From Candidatus Poribacteria bacterium (GTDB lineage: Bacteria; Poribacteria; WGA-4E; WGA-3G): a stretch of DNA of 64,000 nucleotides. The position numbers and the translations under genes are program-made. Each line of letters begins with the position of its first letter. Position 1 is the first letter of the stretch. Below, piece after piece: positions 59,696-64,000 of this stretch. A model generated the notes under the pieces. That model had not been told where the DNA came from, did not search any database, and was given only the letters and a program-made list of their open reading frames with translations. The stretch spans positions 4,800,001-4,864,000 of the forward strand of contig OZ242029.1 in NCBI GenBank assembly GCA_965205015.1, given 5' to 3'.

Positions 59696-62611
59696 CTATT
59701 TTCGGTGTTCCAGGTTTAACCCAGAAAGTGGCGTCAAATCCTCTATCGGATTTCCCCTGATCCGCAATTCCCGCAGTTCTCGCAAACCCACTAAGGGACG
59801 CAGGTCGGAAATGTCGTTATGTGACAGATGCAAGATCCGAAGTTTTTTCAACCTCGCCAAGGGACCTATATCCGAGACTTTGCTATTCTCCAGCGTGAGT
59901 TCCTCTAAATTGATGAGCTCCGCTAACGGACGCAGGTCAAGGGTTGGCGCGTTTGGAAAGATATCCGAGAGATACAAACGTTTAAGCGTCGTCAAGTTGG
60001 CAAGTGGGCGGAGGTCTGTTATCGGATTGTCTCTAAGGTCAAGTTCCCTAAGATTCGTCGCAAATTCTAAACCTGTGATGTCAGAAATTCCCTTACCCGC
60101 AACATCAATGTCGCCGACCGTTTGCATCCGCTCTTTTGTCAAAGGGACATCGGGTAGCAACCCGATTTCACCCCGAACGGCGGTACGTAATGCTGGGTCG
60201 GGCATCCATGCTTCAGCAAGATCCGTTTGTCCCGTTGTCTGTCCGATAACATCGTATTTCAGGTTTTTAAGGTTCAATCCAGAGAGTGGCGTTAAATCTC
60301 TTATCGGATTCCCTTTGAGCAACAACGTCCGTAGTTCCGTCAGCCCTGATAGCGGTCGGATGTCGGAAATGCCACTATTTAAAAGATCCAAGGTTCGAAG
60401 TTCTTTCAACGCCGCCAACGGACTTATATCCGAAACCTTTATCGGATTGTTAGAAATGTTGAGATCTGCCAGATTCAATCCAGAGAGGGGTGCCAAATCC
60501 CTTATCGGATTTCTCTCAAGCCACAATTGCCACAGTTCCGTCAGTCCCACAAGTGGACTCACATCCTCAATTTGATTATTTGAGAGATGCAAGCGACGCA
60601 GTTTCTTCAACCCCATAAGCGGACGGATATCCGAAATCCAGTTCCCCTCCAAGGACAGCATCTCTAAATTAATGAGATTCGCCAAGGGACGCAGATCCAG
60701 ATTTGTCGGACGGACAGGGACATGCCAGAAATGAAACTCCACGAGTTGGGTCAGATTCGACAGTGGACGTAAATCTGTTATCGGATTCTGACGCAAATGT
60801 AGCACCCTAAGATTCGTTGCGAACTCCAATCCTGTGATGTCCAAGATGCCTTTGTCATGTGCCTTGAGATAGGTCAATCTCAGCATCTTTTTCTGGGTCA
60901 AGGGGATGCCTGGTAGCAGTCCGATTTCACCGCGAACCGCCGCTCGCAACGCTGGGTCGGGCATCCACGCTTCGGAAGGTTGTGTTTGTCCTACTGGATC
61001 CGATACAGCATCGTATTTCAGGTCTGTGAGATTCAATGTCGACAGCAGTGTAAAATCTTTTATCGGATTCTCTTTGAGTGCCAAGGTCCGCAGTTCCGTC
61101 AGACCCGTTAGTGGACTTAAGTCTCCAACGCGATTGTCTGTAAGGACAAGTTCCTTTAGGTTTTCCAAACCTGCGAGTGGAACAACGTTTTCAACTTCGT
61201 TGTCAAAAAGGTCTAATACCTCTAAACTTCTCAGATTCGCAAGCGGACTTAGATCCTTTACACGATTGTTAGCCAAATTCAGGTAGATAAGGGAAGTCAA
61301 CGCCCTCAGTGGAGATATATCAATTACGTGATTATTCCAGAGACTTAACTCGGTTAGATTCGTTAGGTTCACAAGCGGTCTCAGATTTGCGACTTGGTTG
61401 CCTCCTACATCGAGATTCATCAAAGATGTGAGCGTAGCGAGAGGACTTAAGTCGATAACATAATTACCCTCGTCTCCTAAATGTAAATCCACTAAATTTT
61501 GCGCGAATTCTAAACCCTTTATATCAGCAATCCCTCTTCCCCCGGCGTTTAGACGCTCCAGTCCTTGCATAGTATCCTGCGTCAAGGGTGCGGTTGCGGG
61601 CAGTCCGAGTTCCTCCCGAATCGCCGCACGCAATGCGGGATCGGGCATCCAGTGGGTCTGAGTATCTTCTGGCGGCACAGGCGCGATGGACGTTGAAACG
61701 CTTTTAGAAACCTGTAATCCGTTACCGATGGTATTATCAATGGGAACGACGGCACGTCCACTTTGATTGCGTAGTGCGGGTTTCGCGTCGGTCTCTAAGA
61801 CAATAGGTACATCCACGATCTCAATGGTCGGTTCAGATTCTGCCTCGAAACTATAGGGTCTCTGAAAACGAGCGAGGTGTTGGTTGCTGAGTCCGATCAA
61901 AAATAGAATCAAAACCACAGCCGCGCCAAACGCCGCCCATGGGAGCAACGGTTTCGTAGCCGAGGGTGGGGTCAGTTTCAAGTCAGCGACTTGCTGCATG
62001 ATGTTCTGGGTTAAATTCGCCGATATCTCCACACCGCCGAGAACTTCTTGAACCAAGCCTTCCTCTTTCTCCCGTAAACGTTTTCGTGCCCGACTGAGCC
62101 GACTACTGATCGTTTTTACGGAAACGCCCAAGAACTTACTAATCTCCTTCATTGTCATTTCGCCGAGATAGAAAAGCGTCATGACGGTGCGTTCACTCTC
62201 CGGGAGTTTTTCCAGAAGTTTTTTCACGAGTTCACGCCGGCGTTCCTCGGCTTCCGCCTCGCGGTGCGCCGACAAATAGTGAGTATAGGAGAGTTTTTCT
62301 ACTTCATCCACGCGTGTGTCCTCCAGCGATTGCATCGCAGATTTTTGCTTTCGCAGCCAATTCAGGCACCGTCGATTCGCGATGACATAGAGCCACCCGG
62401 CAAATTGATGGGGATCTCTGAGCGTCGGGAGTTTTTTATAGACTTGGAGGAAGGTGTCTTGCGTAATCTCTTCAGCATAATGAAAATCGCCGATCTTCCG
62501 CCATACAAGCGCATGAACGCTTTTTTGGTACTTTTCGACCAAGATGCTAAACGCGACATCATCACCTGATAAAATTCTCTGTATCAATTGAACATCGTCT
62601 TCTCTTGCCAT
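59696..62611 (-). CDS. ECF sigma factor fused to a TM helix and LRR arrays
   Basis: AEEITQDTF, F.GWLY.IA; LPESER.V..L.Y....KEIS..LGVS..TI.SRL.RAR; TM; three WMPDPALR-capped LRR blocks. Confidence 0.9.
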   Translation of the reverse strand: MAREDDVQLIQRILSGDDVAFSILVEKYQKSVHALVWRKIGDFHYAEEITQDTFLQVYKKLPTLRDPHQFAGWLYVIANRRCLNWLRKQKSAMQSLEDTRVDEVEKLSYTHYLSAHREAEAEERRRELVKKLLEKLPESERTVMTLFYLGEMTMKEISKFLGVSVKTISSRLSRARKRLREKEEGLVQEVLGGVEISANLTQNIMQQVADLKLTPPSATKPLLPWAAFGAAVVLILFLIGLSNQHLARFQRPYSFEAESEPTIEIVDVPIVLETDAKPALRNQSGRAVVPIDNTIGNGLQVSKSVSTSIAPVPPEDTQTHWMPDPALRAAIREELGLPATAPLTQDTMQGLERLNAGGRGIADIKGLEFAQNLVDLHLGDEGNYVIDLSPLATLTSLMNLDVGGNQVANLRPLVNLTNLTELSLWNNHVIDISPLRALTSLIYLNLANNRVKDLSPLANLRSLEVLDLFDNEVENVVPLAGLENLKELVLTDNRVGDLSPLTGLTELRTLALKENPIKDFTLLSTLNLTDLKYDAVSDPVGQTQPSEAWMPDPALRAAVRGEIGLLPGIPLTQKKMLRLTYLKAHDKGILDITGLEFATNLRVLHLRQNPITDLRPLSNLTQLVEFHFWHVPVRPTNLDLRPLANLINLEMLSLEGNWISDIRPLMGLKKLRRLHLSNNQIEDVSPLVGLTELWQLWLERNPIRDLAPLSGLNLADLNISNNPIKVSDISPLAALKELRTLDLLNSGISDIRPLSGLTELRTLLLKGNPIRDLTPLSGLNLKNLKYDVIGQTTGQTDLAEAWMPDPALRTAVRGEIGLLPDVPLTKERMQTVGDIDVAGKGISDITGLEFATNLRELDLRDNPITDLRPLANLTTLKRLYLSDIFPNAPTLDLRPLAELINLEELTLENSKVSDIGPLARLKKLRILHLSHNDISDLRPLVGLRELRELRIRGNPIEDLTPLSGLNLEHRK

Positions 62612-62864
62612 CAGGATTCTCCATGATTCATGAACAGGTTTCGCAGCCTTGAATTCAAAGACTGCACCATTTAATGTGGGACCCTACCTTCCCTGTTGTT
62701 AAAGACACAATTTTTTATTAAAAGTCTGCACTAATTTAGCGCAAGTTGCTATTTTTAAAAAATAAGAAATAGCATTCATACCTCTCAAACGCGCCGTTAA
62801 AGAGAGAAAGGGTGGAAACCCTCTAACGTCCACCCTCCTTTTTTATAACGCCATCAATGCCCTT

Positions 62865-64000
62865 CTACTTCTTTACCAGCATTTTTCGGGTAGCAGTGAA
62901 ATCACCAGCGGTGAAGGTGTAGAAATAGATACCGCTCGCTACGGGTTCACCTACGTCATTTCTGCCATCCCAATACGCCGCACGGCTGCGGTTTTGGTAA
63001 ATTCCAGCAGACGTTTGTCCCAACGTCAATGTCCGAACCAATACTCCATTTACAGAATAGATACGCAACGTGACATCTGCGGGTTCCGAGAGTTGATACG
63101 GTATCCACGTCTCTGGATTGAACGGGTTGGGATAGTTCGCAAGCAACACTGTTTTTTCTGGAATCAGCGATGCTAAGAGGCGTCGAAGGTTCACAATGCC
63201 CTCTTGGAAAGCAATAGAACCATCATCTTCAACTTGGGCACGTTCTATCCACGCCTGTATCACCGCAGGCTCCAACTCGCTTATACCATCCACGGTAAGC
63301 ATCGAAGGCGCAGCTGCGGCAGTTGCCCCACCCATGTTCTGGGAGACAAGGATGAGATCCAGGACATTGATAACCCCATCACCATTTAGGTCAACTTCCG
63401 AGTTGGCGGGCACAGTTTTCCCGAAGTGTCGAGCCACCAGCACCAAGTCCAGGATGCTCACCTGACCGTCCCGATTCACATCCCCGGTCCTCTGTTCCCC
63501 CTTTACAGCAATGACGACCTCCTGCGGTCCTGCATCGATGGACTTACCGGTGATAGCAGCGAGTTGAAAATTATCGAGTTTCAACCGCGTGTGTCCAGGG
63601 GCTTTCGCTGTAAATGTTACCGACAATAGCGTGCCAGTGCCGCTAACGCCATCTTCACCGAGTCGCGCTGCACTCAGACCTTTAATCTTACCCAACCGAT
63701 TCTCAATCGTCCCTCTCTGGAAGAAGGTCGCTCCGCCGTCTGTTTTCAGGAAATCGCCTTCATTGACTTCAACGGCTTCAAGCACAGCAGCGTCATAAGC
63801 GATATCAAATTGCCAGCCCGCCAAATTGTAGATATCCTCTGCCCGAATTTCAAGCGTGAAGGTATCGCCGGCATCGATGATAGATTGGGAAAACACGTAT
63901 CCGACACGCGGGTTTAGCACGGTATACTCTGCCTCAGGGTTAAACCCCCAAAAACCGTTCCCCCCCGTTCTTGTTGCTACTAACAAGACATTTACACCCT
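62865..64000 (-). CDS. 3' part of a cohesin-dockerin-FlgD-like secreted protein (paralogue of 55535-59602)
   Basis: NLAGWQFDI, DVNRDGQVSILDL, NYPNPFNPETWIPY; runs off the window. Confidence 0.85.
   Translation of the reverse strand, partial: GVNVLLVATRTGGNGFWGFNPEAEYTVLNPRVGYVFSQSIIDAGDTFTLEIRAEDIYNLAGWQFDIAYDAAVLEAVEVNEGDFLKTDGGATFFQRGTIENRLGKIKGLSAARLGEDGVSGTGTLLSVTFTAKAPGHTRLKLDNFQLAAITGKSIDAGPQEVVIAVKGEQRTGDVNRDGQVSILDLVLVARHFGKTVPANSEVDLNGDGVINVLDLILVSQNMGGATAAAAPSMLTVDGISELEPAVIQAWIERAQVEDDGSIAFQEGIVNLRRLLASLIPEKTVLLANYPNPFNPETWIPYQLSEPADVTLRIYSVNGVLVRTLTLGQTSAGIYQNRSRAAYWDGRNDVGEPVASGIYFYTFTAGDFTATRKMLVKK

Noticed and set aside
59472-60575. 367-aa plus-strand ORF (also 53408-54571 and 48126-48800)
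   Set aside because: Antisense or alternative-frame shadows of LRR, WD40 and TPR repeat genes

Overview
64-kb bacterial window. The gene content points to Candidatus Poribacteria (sponge-associated); this is inferred from three PhyH dioxygenases, ankyrin/TPR/WD40/LRR proteins, LamG and TolB-like proteins ending in a TWGxLK-type motif, and cohesin-dockerin-FlgD-type secreted proteins. 1-4.6 kb is an AT-rich defence islet: an SspD/PAPS-reductase-like C-terminus, a DUF262-HNH nuclease, a GHKL ATPase and an R-M remnant. 4.6-13.1 kb carries three copies of an unannotated leader element. Each has a sigma70 promoter, a 44-50 aa uORF with a C9 homopolymer encoding T-P-P, and a GCCCGC..GCGGGC-TATTTTTGTTG terminator-like hairpin, and each lies upstream of exported-protein genes; this is my best candidate for a new system (a phase-variable or stalling attenuator). 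The middle holds a Phd-VapC pair, Uma2, PhyH, ankyrin, AAC(3)-like, TPR, an IS4 remnant, a MoxR/DUF58/DUF4350/DUF4129/RDD/SpoIIM locus and housekeeping genes. At 42.6-45.7 kb an infA-rsgA-GNAT operon and two tiny ORFs share a repeated promoter-like motif and end in a sigma-region-4-only protein. Next come a DUF1493 paralogue array and large eukaryote-like-repeat proteins, including an ECF sigma-TM-LRR fusion. Several MITE/REP families are present. No rRNA, tRNA or CRISPR array was recognised. All family assignments come from motif recognition, not database searches.
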